Below, in pieces: positions 9,430-19,171 of a DNA stretch of 37,931 bases. Source of the stretch: a virus. Taxonomy: Duplodnaviria; Heunggongvirae; Uroviricota; Caudoviricetes. The notes under the pieces are model-generated. The model did not search any database and was not told the DNA's origin. It saw only the letters and a program-made list of their open reading frames with translations. The stretch's first letter is position 1. Each line of letters begins with the position of its first letter. A program made the translations under genes and the position numbers. The DNA lies in the IMG/VR virus record IMGVR_UViG_2711768047_000011; one strand, 5' to 3'.

Positions 9430-9448
9430 GGCGTGGCGGGGATACGAG
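9430..9448. other. cos cohesive-end site candidate (GGCGTGGCGGGGATACGAG)
   Basis: First 13 nt identical to the 19-nt cohesive end I recall for 186 (GGCGTGGCGGGGAAAGCAT; P2 GGCGAGGCGGGGAAAGCAC); lies where cos sits in P2-like genomes. Confidence 0.5.
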
Positions 9449-9568
9449 CGCGCGCTAGAAACGTTTACTGATATTCTTGTAGTACATTGCATTTTTCTTT
9501 TTTTATGTCATATCATTAGCCATTTGAATAGGACATTATTATCAATTTGTTGTCTCTGAGGATAAGTT

Positions 9569-11350
9569 ATGAATTTTGATGCAACACCACTAAATATAAA
9601 AAACATTCTATCTGTAAAACAAAGATATGTTATTCCTCGTAATCAACGTGAGTTTAGTTGGGAAAAGCTTCAGCTTGAAGAGTTATGGCAAGATATTGTC
9701 AGAAACATAAGGTTGAATGAAGATGGACAGAACTTGGAGTGTTCAGAATATTTTATAGGGACTATTGTTCTTTCTGGAGCAGATAGTGATGATGTATTAG
9801 AAGTGGTTGATGGACAACAACGATTTTCAGTTATTACTATATTGCTTTCATTAATATCGCGTAAATTGCGTTCCTTAGGGCAAGATTCATTAGCGGATGA
9901 TATATTTAAAACATATATCGTTACTGTGAGTCCTACATTTAGCAGAAGCCAATTAGCTTCAAATGGTGAGACATTTATTGAAAAATTAGCAAAAAATAGC
10001 GATAGAACATATTTTAAGTTAAAATATCAAGATCGCGAAGAGCATCAAGTTGATGAATCTTGTGAAGAGGATGTACGTATAAGTTATGCAGGAATTTTTC
10101 TTTCTAGAAAACTAGGGAGGAAATCACTCTGTTCTGCATTGTTGCGAGATGGTGCAAAACATTATAATAACCAAGATTATATATTTTGTTTGACTGCTGT
10201 ATATAGAATGATTACCAATTATTTGAAGTTGGTAAAAATATCTGTAGGTAAGGAGGATGATGCTTATGATATTTTTGAAGTGTTGAATGCTCGAGGGATA
10301 AACTTAAGTTCAATTGATTTGATAAAGAATAAAGTATTCCAAACTTGCACTCAAACATATCCGGTAGATATTGCAAAAACAAAATGGGATTATATCGTTA
10401 CTCAAATTGAGTCTAGGGATAGTAATAGCACTATTGCTGATTATATTAGAACGTGGTGGCTTTCTAAGTATAATTATATTGGAGAAGATCAACTTTATCG
10501 TGCTTTTAAACGTGAGATTCAAGATGAGAATACTTTATTGTCATCAGCATCATTTCTGAACGAATTATATGATGATGTTGAATTATACTGTAAAATAATA
10601 GCGCCAAATACAGATGACTGGCCTCAACCTGATCAGCGTGAAATTTACAACTCGTTAAAAGCATTCGAGATTTTTAATGTGAGTATTCCTCGACCATTTG
10701 TACTCTCATTACTTAGAAAACGTAAAGAGAAACCGAGAGCCCTTACACAATCAATGCTGATAGAATGTTTGAAGTCCTTAGAGTCATTTCACTTTAAGTT
10801 TAATGCAGTATGTCGTCTAAGACCATCTGGAATCGATGCAAAATATTCTGTATTAGCAGTAAGAATGAATAAGGCATTAAATAAAAGAGATGTTGAGGGT
10901 GTTATTAATGACGCGTTAGATTATTTTACACAGAAAGGGCCTTCAGAAAATATATTCAAACAAGCATTTTCAAAGAATATTGTTTATACAAATAAAAAAT
11001 CTGGGCAAAGGAAGTTGATTGTTTATATTTTTGACAAATTGGAACGTATCAGACGAGGGACGCGAGAGTTAAAAATGGATATAGTTTCTTTGGAGCACAT
11101 ATCATCTCAAAGCAAAACTAACGAGTCAGTCGTGGGTATGATTGGTAATTTACTACCACTCTGTTTTTCACTTAATGAAGATTGCAAAAATTATGAGTTG
11201 CACAAAAAAATAGAATCTTATAAAAAATCTGATTTAAAATTAGTTACAGAGTTTGTTAGTGAGTCAGAAGCAAGAGAACATAAATGGGATGATTCATTAA
11301 TAAAAGAAAGAACAGATAGCTTGGCGTTAGAAACGTTTGCTAAAATATAA
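9569..11350 (+). CDS. DUF262/DUF1524 fusion protein (GmrSD-family type IV restriction-like nuclease)
   Basis: N-terminal ParB-like DUF262 motifs (IPRNQREFSW, DGQQR at 9809..9823, FEVLNARGINLSSIDLIKN); C-terminal His-Me finger-like DUF1524 region (LEHISSQS...IGNLLPL...N). AT-rich, GAGGA RBS. Confidence 0.75.
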   Translation: MNFDATPLNIKNILSVKQRYVIPRNQREFSWEKLQLEELWQDIVRNIRLNEDGQNLECSEYFIGTIVLSGADSDDVLEVVDGQQRFSVITILLSLISRKLRSLGQDSLADDIFKTYIVTVSPTFSRSQLASNGETFIEKLAKNSDRTYFKLKYQDREEHQVDESCEEDVRISYAGIFLSRKLGRKSLCSALLRDGAKHYNNQDYIFCLTAVYRMITNYLKLVKISVGKEDDAYDIFEVLNARGINLSSIDLIKNKVFQTCTQTYPVDIAKTKWDYIVTQIESRDSNSTIADYIRTWWLSKYNYIGEDQLYRAFKREIQDENTLLSSASFLNELYDDVELYCKIIAPNTDDWPQPDQREIYNSLKAFEIFNVSIPRPFVLSLLRKRKEKPRALTQSMLIECLKSLESFHFKFNAVCRLRPSGIDAKYSVLAVRMNKALNKRDVEGVINDALDYFTQKGPSENIFKQAFSKNIVYTNKKSGQRKLIVYIFDKLERIRRGTRELKMDIVSLEHISSQSKTNESVVGMIGNLLPLCFSLNEDCKNYELHKKIESYKKSDLKLVTEFVSESEAREHKWDDSLIKERTDSLALETFAKI

Positions 11351-11357
11351 GTTCAGT

Positions 11358-11376
11358 GGCAGGTATAGTACCTGCC
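11358..11376. terminator. bidirectional hairpin between convergent genes
   Basis: Perfect 8-bp stem GGCAGGTA/TACCTGCC with 3-nt loop, followed by an A/T-rich stretch. Confidence 0.5.
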
Positions 11377-11386
11377 ATTATTCAAT

Positions 11387-12421
11387 TTACATACACTCCA
11401 CAGAGTATTCACTGAATGAGATGATGTTTTTTTTAGCCCATTCATTAAGTTGCAGAATATGTTTTTGAATTGGTAGTAACTCATTCATAACAAATACTTT
11501 CGCGGCCTTTTCCACATCCCCAAACCCCCCAACATTATTAGGCATAATCCCCATCATTTGCGGTGGCACACGATGCGCCGCCATCATGTCATCCCGGCTC
11601 ACGTTCTTGATGTTTAGAAACTCATCCTTCGCCGCCACTTCTGACAACGGGATAATCTGAAGTCCGTCCTTTTTCCCGTTAGGCGAGTACATAAACAGGT
11701 TGCGGAAGTTACCTGGTCCTTTGGCGCTTTTCATCGCATTGCGGAGGTTGTTCACGTCCTCCTGGTTCTGCGCGGCATCGGTCATGTACATGATGAAGCC
11801 TGCATGGCTGCCGTTGATGTAATACTTACGGCGGAACAGCGTGGCGGACTCGTTGAGCAGGGCTGACGGAATGGCAGAAAGATAACCGGGCAGGCCGTAG
11901 ATCTCCTGGTTGATGTCCGGTTCCATCAGATGAAAAATGCTGCCTTTCGTGAACTGATACGGCTGCGTAGTCATGCCGTATTGCACAAACCAGTAGGTAT
12001 CCAGGTCTAATCCGCGTCGGGTGTATTTTGCCAGAGCAGGCTCAAGGGCGATAACTTCACCGAACCGGTTTGTGCGTTTCTCCAGGTAGGCGTTACCAAA
12101 TACCAGATAGTCCTGCACAAAACGCGAAAAAGCCTGCTGGCTGAGCAGCGGATGAGGGATATAGGTACTGGTCAGAATGTTGCACTTTACTGCAATCGGG
12201 GAACTGTGATGCACGGCAGCGCGGAAGGTGCGCGCCAGTCCGTCAAAGCTGACGGGCGGCTCATACCAACGGTCCATCTGTACGCATTCCACATAGTCCA
12301 GCAGTTCTCGGCGGTCCAGAACAGGAACGGGATCGCCGAAGCTGAATGCTTCGGCTGTAGTCTGGCTTTTAAGCTGGATCTGTTTCGTCGCCGCAGCGCG
12401 GTTTTTCTTACTCTTTCCCAT
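11387..12421 (-). CDS. portal protein (P2 gpQ-like)
   Basis: 344 aa from ATG 12419..12421 (same size as P2 gpQ); start overlaps terminase stop (ATGA). Confidence 0.9.
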   Translation of the reverse strand: MGKSKKNRAAATKQIQLKSQTTAEAFSFGDPVPVLDRRELLDYVECVQMDRWYEPPVSFDGLARTFRAAVHHSSPIAVKCNILTSTYIPHPLLSQQAFSRFVQDYLVFGNAYLEKRTNRFGEVIALEPALAKYTRRGLDLDTYWFVQYGMTTQPYQFTKGSIFHLMEPDINQEIYGLPGYLSAIPSALLNESATLFRRKYYINGSHAGFIMYMTDAAQNQEDVNNLRNAMKSAKGPGNFRNLFMYSPNGKKDGLQIIPLSEVAAKDEFLNIKNVSRDDMMAAHRVPPQMMGIMPNNVGGFGDVEKAAKVFVMNELLPIQKHILQLNEWAKKNIISFSEYSVECM

Positions 12422-14187
12422 CAAAAAATCTCCACAATATTGCTGGTATTGGCGGATTCGCCCTGCAGTGGTTCGTTAAACAGTGCGTGCATTGTTGCCC
12501 AGGCCAGATCGGCGTGGCTGGCTTCTTCGCTGCGGCTGGCTTCATAGGTTGGGCGGTTGCCACTGGCGGTGGTTGCGCGACGGATTGCCATGAATGACTG
12601 CGCAATGTCGGTGTGCCCGGCGTCAAACTCCAGACGGCGGTGGCTGATAATGTCGTAGGCCTTGAGTACCAGGGCGTTTTTAACGTTGGGGTTGTAGACA
12701 AACTCCCGGACGGCAGGAAAGAACGCTTTCACGTTCTCGTAAACCCCGTGACCAACGCCGGTTGAGTCGATACCGATATAAGTCACGTTGTACTGTTCGG
12801 TAAGTTTTTTGATGGCGTCAGCCTGGGCGCGGAAGTCCATCCCGCGCCACTGGTGACGCTCAAGAATGCGGAACTTACCACCCGGCACGGCTGGCGGTGC
12901 CACCACCACGCATCCAGCGCTGTCGCCGTTTTGCGTACCTTTTGCCGGGTCATAACCGATCCACACTTCGCGCCAGCCAAACGGGCGCAGCGCCAGTGCA
13001 TGAAAGTCGGTCCAGACTTCCCAACTGTCCACCATGCACGCCTGCAGCTCGCTGAGCGGGAACACGGACGCGAGATCGTCCACGAACTCGCACATCAGCA
13101 GGTTCTGGTATTCGTCCGGGCTGTACTCCATGCGTAGCTGGTCGAGGTCGAACAGGTTACAGCCGCCGCGCACCGCATCTTCCACGGTGACTATCTGGCG
13201 GTATTGCCCGTCTGCGCACAGCAGGCCGGGGGCCAGATTGCTGTGGGACAGGTCGATATCCACCTTGTCAGCTTTGTTGCGCCCACGGTTGAACAGCGCA
13301 CCGGACCAGAACGGATAAGCACTGTGGGTCAGGCTGGATGGTGTGGAAAAATAGGTCTGCCGCCATTTCTTGTGAATAGCCATACCGGAAGCCACTTTGC
13401 GCAGCTCCTGAAATTTCGGTATCCAGAAATATTCATCCAGATACAGGTTGCCGTGGTAACTCTGGGCCGTGCGGGCATTGGTGCCGAGGAAGTAAAGCGT
13501 GGCCCCGTTGGGAAGCACCATCGGATCGCCTTTCAGCTCCACCTCCACTTCTTTGGCGAAGTCGATGATGTACTGCTTAAAGACGTGAGCCTGTGCCTTA
13601 CTGGCAGAAAGGAAAATCTGGTTACGTCCGGTAAGCAGGGCGTCAATCAGGGCTTCACGGGCAAAGTAAAAGGTCGCGCCGATCTGGCGTGACTTCAGCA
13701 GGTTGCGGATGCGGTTGGTTTTTCCGGCTTCCCACCAGTGGCGCTGGTAGTTGAACATGGAGGAATGGAAGATTTCTTCCAGCTTCTCAATCTGTTCATC
13801 GGTGAAGACATTCTTTTCCGGCTGACGGCGCGGGCCTTTGTTGCGGTTGGCGACGTTAGGATTTAAGTCGGCTTCGTTGCCGCCATTGTTAAACTTGCCG
13901 ATCCGCGCGTGGCGCTCCGACTGGCGCGCCAGCAGGTCAATCTCTTTGAAATCTTTCCCTTCTTTGTGCTCCTTCATAATTAGCTGGCAGTAGCGTGCGG
14001 CGGTGGTGAGCTGCATCTGATCCAGCGGCCCATAGTCACCCCACTTGTCGCGTTTTTTCCAGCTGTGAACGGTTGCAACTTTCTCGCCCAGCATTTCAGC
14101 AATGCGGGCTACGCGGTATCCCTGAAAGTACAGCAGCATGGCCTGCCGACGGGGATCGAGATCTGCGGGTGTCAGTGTGGTGTTCAT
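12421..14187 (-). CDS. terminase large (ATPase) subunit (P2 gpP-like)
   Basis: 588 aa; position and size as P2 gpP; divergent from O. Confidence 0.9.
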   Translation of the reverse strand: MNTTLTPADLDPRRQAMLLYFQGYRVARIAEMLGEKVATVHSWKKRDKWGDYGPLDQMQLTTAARYCQLIMKEHKEGKDFKEIDLLARQSERHARIGKFNNGGNEADLNPNVANRNKGPRRQPEKNVFTDEQIEKLEEIFHSSMFNYQRHWWEAGKTNRIRNLLKSRQIGATFYFAREALIDALLTGRNQIFLSASKAQAHVFKQYIIDFAKEVEVELKGDPMVLPNGATLYFLGTNARTAQSYHGNLYLDEYFWIPKFQELRKVASGMAIHKKWRQTYFSTPSSLTHSAYPFWSGALFNRGRNKADKVDIDLSHSNLAPGLLCADGQYRQIVTVEDAVRGGCNLFDLDQLRMEYSPDEYQNLLMCEFVDDLASVFPLSELQACMVDSWEVWTDFHALALRPFGWREVWIGYDPAKGTQNGDSAGCVVVAPPAVPGGKFRILERHQWRGMDFRAQADAIKKLTEQYNVTYIGIDSTGVGHGVYENVKAFFPAVREFVYNPNVKNALVLKAYDIISHRRLEFDAGHTDIAQSFMAIRRATTASGNRPTYEASRSEEASHADLAWATMHALFNEPLQGESANTSNIVEIF

Positions 14188-14233
14188 GGCACAAACCTAC
14201 AGCCTTGAATGAAGGCTTTCCCCGCCTGCGGTT

Positions 14234-14251
14234 TGTGTGGTTGTCGGTACA
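14234..14251. promoter_or_regulatory. TGT-N12-ACA dyad (candidate Ogr-dependent late promoter element, P/O region)
   Basis: TTGTGTGGTTGTCGGTACAA in the P-O divergent region, centred 87 bp upstream of the O start. Confidence 0.45.
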
Positions 14252-14329
14252 AATACCGCGCATTGTTTCACTGCCCCCATCACCGCAACCATAAGGCTCC
14301 AGTAAGTTTTTTCTAACGGAGCACGGCTC

Positions 14330-15163
14330 ATGACAGTGAAAGCAAAGCGTTTTCGCATCGGGGTGGAAGGTGCCACCACCGACGGACGCGAAATCCAGCG
14401 TGAATGGCTGGAACAGATGGCAGCCAGCTACAACCCGGCGGTGTATACCGCGCTGATTAACCTTGAGCACATCAAGTCTTATCTGCCGGACAGCACCTTT
14501 AACCGCTACGGCAAGGTGACGGCGCTGTTTGCTGAAGAAATCACGGAAGGTCCGCTGGCAGGCAAGATGGCGCTGTATGCCGACGTTGAGCCAACGGAGT
14601 CCCTGGTGGAGCTGGTGAAAAAAGGCCAGAAATTATTCACATCTATGGAAGTCAGTCCGAAGTTCGCTGATACGGGCAAAGCCTACCTGGTTGGCCTGGC
14701 TGCCACTGATGACCCTGCCAGTCTGGGTACGGAAATGCTGACATTCAGCGCCAGTGCAGCCCATAACCCGCTGGCAAACCGCAAGCAGAATCCCGCCAAT
14801 CTCTTTACCGCCGCAGAGGAAACGGTGATCGAACTGGAAGAAATCCAGGAGGACAAGCCGTCCCTGTTTACCCGCGTCACGGCGCTGTTTACCAAAAAAG
14901 AGCAGTCCGATGACGCCCGGTTCTCTGATGTGCATAAGGCCGTGGAACTGGTCGCCACTGAGCAGCAAAACCTGAGCACGCGCACCGAAAAGTCCCTGTC
15001 TGAGCAGGAAGAACGCCTGTCTGAGATGGAGACTGCCCTGCAGGCACAACAAGCCGCCTTTAACGAACTGGTGGATAAGCTGAGTCATGAAGACAGCCGC
15101 CAGGACTACCGCCAGCGTGCAACAGGCGGTAACGCCCCCGCTGACACTCTGACCAATTGCTGA
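14330..15163 (+). CDS. capsid scaffolding protein (P2 gpO-like)
   Basis: 277 aa, acidic coiled-coil-like C-terminus; position before the major capsid gene. Confidence 0.85.
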   Translation: MTVKAKRFRIGVEGATTDGREIQREWLEQMAASYNPAVYTALINLEHIKSYLPDSTFNRYGKVTALFAEEITEGPLAGKMALYADVEPTESLVELVKKGQKLFTSMEVSPKFADTGKAYLVGLAATDDPASLGTEMLTFSASAAHNPLANRKQNPANLFTAAEETVIELEEIQEDKPSLFTRVTALFTKKEQSDDARFSDVHKAVELVATEQQNLSTRTEKSLSEQEERLSEMETALQAQQAAFNELVDKLSHEDSRQDYRQRATGGNAPADTLTNC

Positions 15164-15179
15164 TGGAGCACAAAACCCG

Positions 15180-16238
15180 ATGAAGAAGAATACCCGCTTT
15201 GCTTTTAACGCTTACCTGCAGCAGCTGGCGCGTCTGAACGGTGTGGCAGTTGAAGAACTGTCCAGCAAGTTCACTGTAGAGCCGTCTGTGCAGCAGACGC
15301 TGGAAGACCAGATCCAGCAGTCCGCCGCTTTCCTGACGCTGATTAACGTCACGCCAGTGACTGAGCAGTCCGGTCAGCTGCTGGGGCTGGGTGTTGGCAG
15401 CACCATTGCCGGAACCACTGACACCACCGCGAAAGAGCGTGAACCTGTCGATCCGACGCTGATGGTCGATGTGGAATACAAATGCGAACAGACCAACTTT
15501 GACACGGTGCTGACCTACGCGAAGCTGGACCTATGGGCGAAGTTTCAGGATTTCCAGGTGCGTATCCGTGACGCTATCGTGAAACGTCAGGCACTGGACC
15601 GCATCATGATCGGCTTTAACGGCGTGAAGCGTGCGAAAACCTCCAACCGTAGCGAAAACCCGCTGCTGCAGGATGTGAACAAAGGCTGGCTGCAAAAAAT
15701 TCGTGAGGATGCACCGGATCACGTAATGGGCAGCACCACCACGGGCGGTGAAACCACACCGGGTGCGGTGAAAGTCGGGAAAGGTGGCGAATATGCCAAC
15801 CTGGACGCTGTGGTGATGGATGCGGTCAATGAGCTTATCGATGTGGTCTACCAGGACGATGACGATCTGGTGGTGATTTGCGGTCGTGAACTGTTGTCTG
15901 ACAAGTATTTCCCACTGGTCAACAAAGAGCAGGAAAACAGTGAAAAACTGGCTGCCGATATGATCATCAGCCAGAAACGCATGGGTGGCCTGCAGGCCGT
16001 GCGTGCGCCGTTCTTCCCGCCGAATGCGCTGCTGATCACCCGTCTGGATAACCTGTCCATCTACTGGCAGGAAGACACCCGCCGCCGTTCAGTTATCGAC
16101 AACCCGAAACGTGACCGGATTGAAAACTTTGAATCCGTTAACGAAGCCTATGTGGTTGAGGACTACCGCTGCGCAGCACTGGTGGAAAACATCCAGATTG
16201 GTGACTTCAGCGCCGCCGCCGCAGAAGCCGGAGCATAA
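15180..16238 (+). CDS. major capsid protein (P2 gpN-like)
   Basis: 352 aa; position and size match gpN. Confidence 0.9.
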   Translation: MKKNTRFAFNAYLQQLARLNGVAVEELSSKFTVEPSVQQTLEDQIQQSAAFLTLINVTPVTEQSGQLLGLGVGSTIAGTTDTTAKEREPVDPTLMVDVEYKCEQTNFDTVLTYAKLDLWAKFQDFQVRIRDAIVKRQALDRIMIGFNGVKRAKTSNRSENPLLQDVNKGWLQKIREDAPDHVMGSTTTGGETTPGAVKVGKGGEYANLDAVVMDAVNELIDVVYQDDDDLVVICGRELLSDKYFPLVNKEQENSEKLAADMIISQKRMGGLQAVRAPFFPPNALLITRLDNLSIYWQEDTRRRSVIDNPKRDRIENFESVNEAYVVEDYRCAALVENIQIGDFSAAAAEAGA

Positions 16239-16241
16239 ACC

Positions 16242-16892
16242 ATGAGCCTGAGTCCCGCACGGCAGCATCGCCTGCGCGTTCAGGCTGAACAGGCCGCCCG
16301 CGAGGGCGGCAGTGTTCGCCACGCGTCGGGCTATGACCTGATGCTGCTGCAACTGGCGGAAGACCGCCGCCGTCTCAAGGGCGTTCAGTCCACGGTCAAA
16401 AAAGCGGAAATCAAGGTGGAGCTGCTGCCGAAGTACGCCGCCTGGGCAGAGGGTGTCCTGGCTGCCGGAGGCGCTCAACAGGATGACGTGCTGATGTACG
16501 TGATGCTGTGGCGCATTGATGCCGGAGATTATGCCGGGGCGCTGGAGATCGGGCGTCATGCCCTGCGTCATGGCTGGGTGATGCCGCTGGGTAACCGCAA
16601 CGTGCAGACCGTGCTGGCAGAGGAAATGGCAGACGCTGCGCAGAGCGCAATGCTTGCCACTACCGGCTTTGATGCCGATCTGTTGCTGCAGACGCTGGAG
16701 CTGACAGACGGTCTGGATATGCCGGACCAGTCACGGGCGCGTCTGCATAAAGCGATTGGCACTGTCCTGAGTGAAAGTAATCCGGCTTCCGCCCTTAATC
16801 ATCTCAACCATGCGTTACAGCTCGATCCCCGCTGTGGCGTGAAAAAAGACAAACAGCAGCTGGAGCGCAGATTGCGCAATGACAGTCGCTGA
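16242..16892 (+). CDS. terminase small/endonuclease subunit (P2 gpM-like)
   Basis: 216 aa immediately after N. Confidence 0.8.
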   Translation: MSLSPARQHRLRVQAEQAAREGGSVRHASGYDLMLLQLAEDRRRLKGVQSTVKKAEIKVELLPKYAAWAEGVLAAGGAQQDDVLMYVMLWRIDAGDYAGALEIGRHALRHGWVMPLGNRNVQTVLAEEMADAAQSAMLATTGFDADLLLQTLELTDGLDMPDQSRARLHKAIGTVLSESNPASALNHLNHALQLDPRCGVKKDKQQLERRLRNDSR

Positions 16893-16987
16893 CAGAACGT
16901 GCCCCCGCGCACGGGCGGCACGGGGTGGCGAAAGGCACCGCCACATCAAAACCTCGTCCACCGCCCTCTATTTCAGGAGAAAGCAGC

Positions 16988-17452
16988 ATGAAGTTTGTTG
17001 CGCCAGAACAGGCACCGGAACAGGCGGAAATCATCAGAAATACGCCGTTCTGGCCTGATGTGGACCTGTCGGAGTTTCGCAGTGTCATGCGCACTGACGG
17101 CACGGTGACGCAGCCGCGTTTAAAGCAGGTTGCGCTGTCGGCAATTTCGGAGGTCAACGCAGAGCTGTATGAGTTTCGCAGACGCCAGCAGATGCTGGGG
17201 TATGCCTCGCTGGCAGAAGTCCCGGCGGAACAACTGGACGGCAAAAGCGAGCGCATTCAGCACTATTTCAACGCGGTTTACTGCTGGGCACGCGCCATGC
17301 TCAACGAACGTTACCAGGACTATGACGCCACGGCATCGGGTGTGAAGCGAGGCGAGGAACTGGCAGAAGCCAGCGGTGATTTGTGGCGTGACGCCCGCTG
17401 GGCCATCAGCCGGGTACAGGATGCGCCGCACTGCACAGTGGAGCTTATCTGA
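16988..17452 (+). CDS. head completion/stabilisation protein (P2 gpL-like)
   Basis: ATG 16988 after AGGAG RBS; stop overlaps the X start. Confidence 0.8.
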   Translation: MKFVAPEQAPEQAEIIRNTPFWPDVDLSEFRSVMRTDGTVTQPRLKQVALSAISEVNAELYEFRRRQQMLGYASLAEVPAEQLDGKSERIQHYFNAVYCWARAMLNERYQDYDATASGVKRGEELAEASGDLWRDARWAISRVQDAPHCTVELI

Positions 17453-17655
17453 TGAAAGTACGTGCGCATCAGTATGACACGGTGGACGCGCTTTGCTGGC
17501 GTCATTACGGGCGCACGCAGGGTGTCACGGAGCAGGTACTGAAGGCAAATCCGGGGCTTGCCGAACACGGCCCCTTTTTACCTCACGGGCTGCAGGTGGA
17601 GCTGCCGGACATTCCGATCACCACCACCGTGCAGACCGTCCAGCTATGGGACTGA
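17452..17655 (+). CDS. tail protein X (P2 gpX-like)
   Basis: 67 aa; size and position as P2 gpX. Confidence 0.75.
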   Translation: MKVRAHQYDTVDALCWRHYGRTQGVTEQVLKANPGLAEHGPFLPHGLQVELPDIPITTTVQTVQLWD

Positions 17656-17658
17656 ATT

Positions 17659-17874
17659 ATGACGCTTGAGCGAATCAGCGCCTTTATCACGTATTGCATC
17701 GCCGTCGTGCTGGCCTGGCTGGGCGATTTGTCCATCAAGGATGCCTCAACGCTGGGCGGCCTGATGATTGGTGTACTGATGCTGGCTATCAACTGGTACT
17801 ACAAACACAAAGCCTACCAGCTTCTGCGCGACGGGCAGATCTCGCGGGAGGACTATGAATCCATCAATCGTTAA
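17659..17874 (+). CDS. small two-TMD holin (pinholin-like candidate)
   Basis: 71 aa with two hydrophobic helices and a charged C-terminus; directly upstream of the endolysin. Confidence 0.6.
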   Translation: MTLERISAFITYCIAVVLAWLGDLSIKDASTLGGLMIGVLMLAINWYYKHKAYQLLRDGQISREDYESINR

Positions 17875-18367
17875 ACGCTGCCTTGTCGGGGCCGTGCTGG
17901 CTATTGCTGCCACGCTGCCGGGTTTTCAGCAGCTTCACACCTCCGTGGAGGGGCTGAAACTGATTGCCGATTACGAAGGTTGTCGTCTGCAGCCGTATCA
18001 GTGCAGCGCGGGTGTCTGGACCGACGGCATTGGTAATACGTCAGGCGTCATTCCAGGCAAAACCATTACGGAACGACAGGCCGCGGAAGGGCTGATCTCC
18101 AACGTGCTGCGTGTGGAGCGGGCACTGGAAAGGTGTGTGAAGCAACAGCCACCGCAGAAAGTGTATGACGCGGTGGTGTCATTTGCCTTCAACGTGGGGA
18201 CAGGCAATGCCTGCAGTTCCACGCTGGTGAAATTGCTCAATCAGCGGCGCTGGGCGGATGCGTGCCGACAGTTGCCGCGCTGGGTTTATGTAAAAGGTGT
18301 GTTTAATCAGGGGCTGGATAACCGCCGTGCGCGGGAGATGGCCTGGTGTTTACAGGGAGCAAACTGA
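17855..18367 (+). CDS. SAR endolysin (P1 Lyz-type lysozyme, GH24)
   Basis: N-terminal weakly hydrophobic signal-anchor (CLVGAVLAIAATL); catalytic region YEGCRLQPYQCSAGVWTDGIGNT near-identical to P1 Lyz EGCRRDPYMCPAGVWTDGIGNT, including regulatory cysteines. Confidence 0.85.
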   Translation: MNPSIVKRCLVGAVLAIAATLPGFQQLHTSVEGLKLIADYEGCRLQPYQCSAGVWTDGIGNTSGVIPGKTITERQAAEGLISNVLRVERALERCVKQQPPQKVYDAVVSFAFNVGTGNACSSTLVKLLNQRRWADACRQLPRWVYVKGVFNQGLDNRRAREMAWCLQGAN

Positions 18368-18368
18368 A

Positions 18369-18746
18369 ATGAAAAAGAAATTAATCAGCGGACTGTTTCT
18401 GATGTTATGGATGGCGCTGTTAATCGCAGCAATGGTGTATCCGCAGGGGATTTTTCCGGTACTGGCAGCGTCCGGCGTTTGGGTAGCCTGTTTGCTGACA
18501 TGGGCGGTAATTCCGGTAGCACTGGCTGCGTTAATTAAGAATGGCCCGCTCTGGCAGGAGTTAAGGGCATCTTTGCTGAAGACAATTACCCGAAAAGAAA
18601 ACGTATTTACCAGTTGGGTGATGCGATTGCTGATTGTTGTAAGTCTCGCCTGGACGGGGTGGGCTATTACCCTGGTCTTTTATCTACTGACCGTTATTGC
18701 CTTCTGGATCACCTGTAATCAGATGGCGCAACAGGTAGCAGCATGA
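18369..18746 (+). CDS. LysA-like membrane protein (lysis timing)
   Basis: 125 aa with several TM helices; ATG 18369 two nt after the endolysin stop. Confidence 0.6.
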   Translation: MKKKLISGLFLMLWMALLIAAMVYPQGIFPVLAASGVWVACLLTWAVIPVALAALIKNGPLWQELRASLLKTITRKENVFTSWVMRLLIVVSLAWTGWAITLVFYLLTVIAFWITCNQMAQQVAA

Positions 18747-19171
18747 ACCGGTTGCTGCTGGTTGTGCTGGCGTTATTACTGGCGGCGCTGGGCTGGCAGA
18801 CGTGGCGGCTGGCTGATGCCAGCCAGACCATCAGCACGCAGGCAGACGAGCTGCAGAGCAAAAGGCAGGCACTGGCAAAGAGCAACAGCCAGCTTATCAG
18901 CCTGTCCATTCTGACTGAAACCAATAACCGGGAGCAGGCGCGGCTCTATGCCGAAGCAGAACAGACCAGCGCACAGCTGAGACAACGACAACGCCGGATC
19001 GAGGAACTGAAACGTGAGAACGAGGATTTACGCCGCTGGGCTGATACTCCTTTGCCTGCTGACATTATCCGGCTGCGGGAACGTCCGGCACTCACCGGAG
19101 GTGCAGCTTACCGTCAGTGGTTGTCCGCGAGTGACGCCGTGTCGGCTGGATCAGACAGCGCCGCGCACTAA
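18743..19171 (+). CDS. LysB / Rz-like inner-membrane spanin
   Basis: N-terminal TM anchor then coiled-coil-like periplasmic region; position as P2 lysB. Confidence 0.7.
   Translation: MNRLLLVVLALLLAALGWQTWRLADASQTISTQADELQSKRQALAKSNSQLISLSILTETNNREQARLYAEAEQTSAQLRQRQRRIEELKRENEDLRRWADTPLPADIIRLRERPALTGGAAYRQWLSASDAVSAGSDSAAH

Noticed and set aside
9036-9568. CRISPR array or tRNA gene in the long intergenic region
   Set aside because: Repeats are few (two direct copies, one inverted pair) with no regular spacer periodicity and no cloverleaf-like structure; better explained as cos-flanking elements and promoter DNA.
14188-14329. A second TGT-N12-ACA element for the leftward P promoter
   Set aside because: Only one dyad (14234..14251) was found by eye in the P/O intergenic region; I could not support a separate P element.
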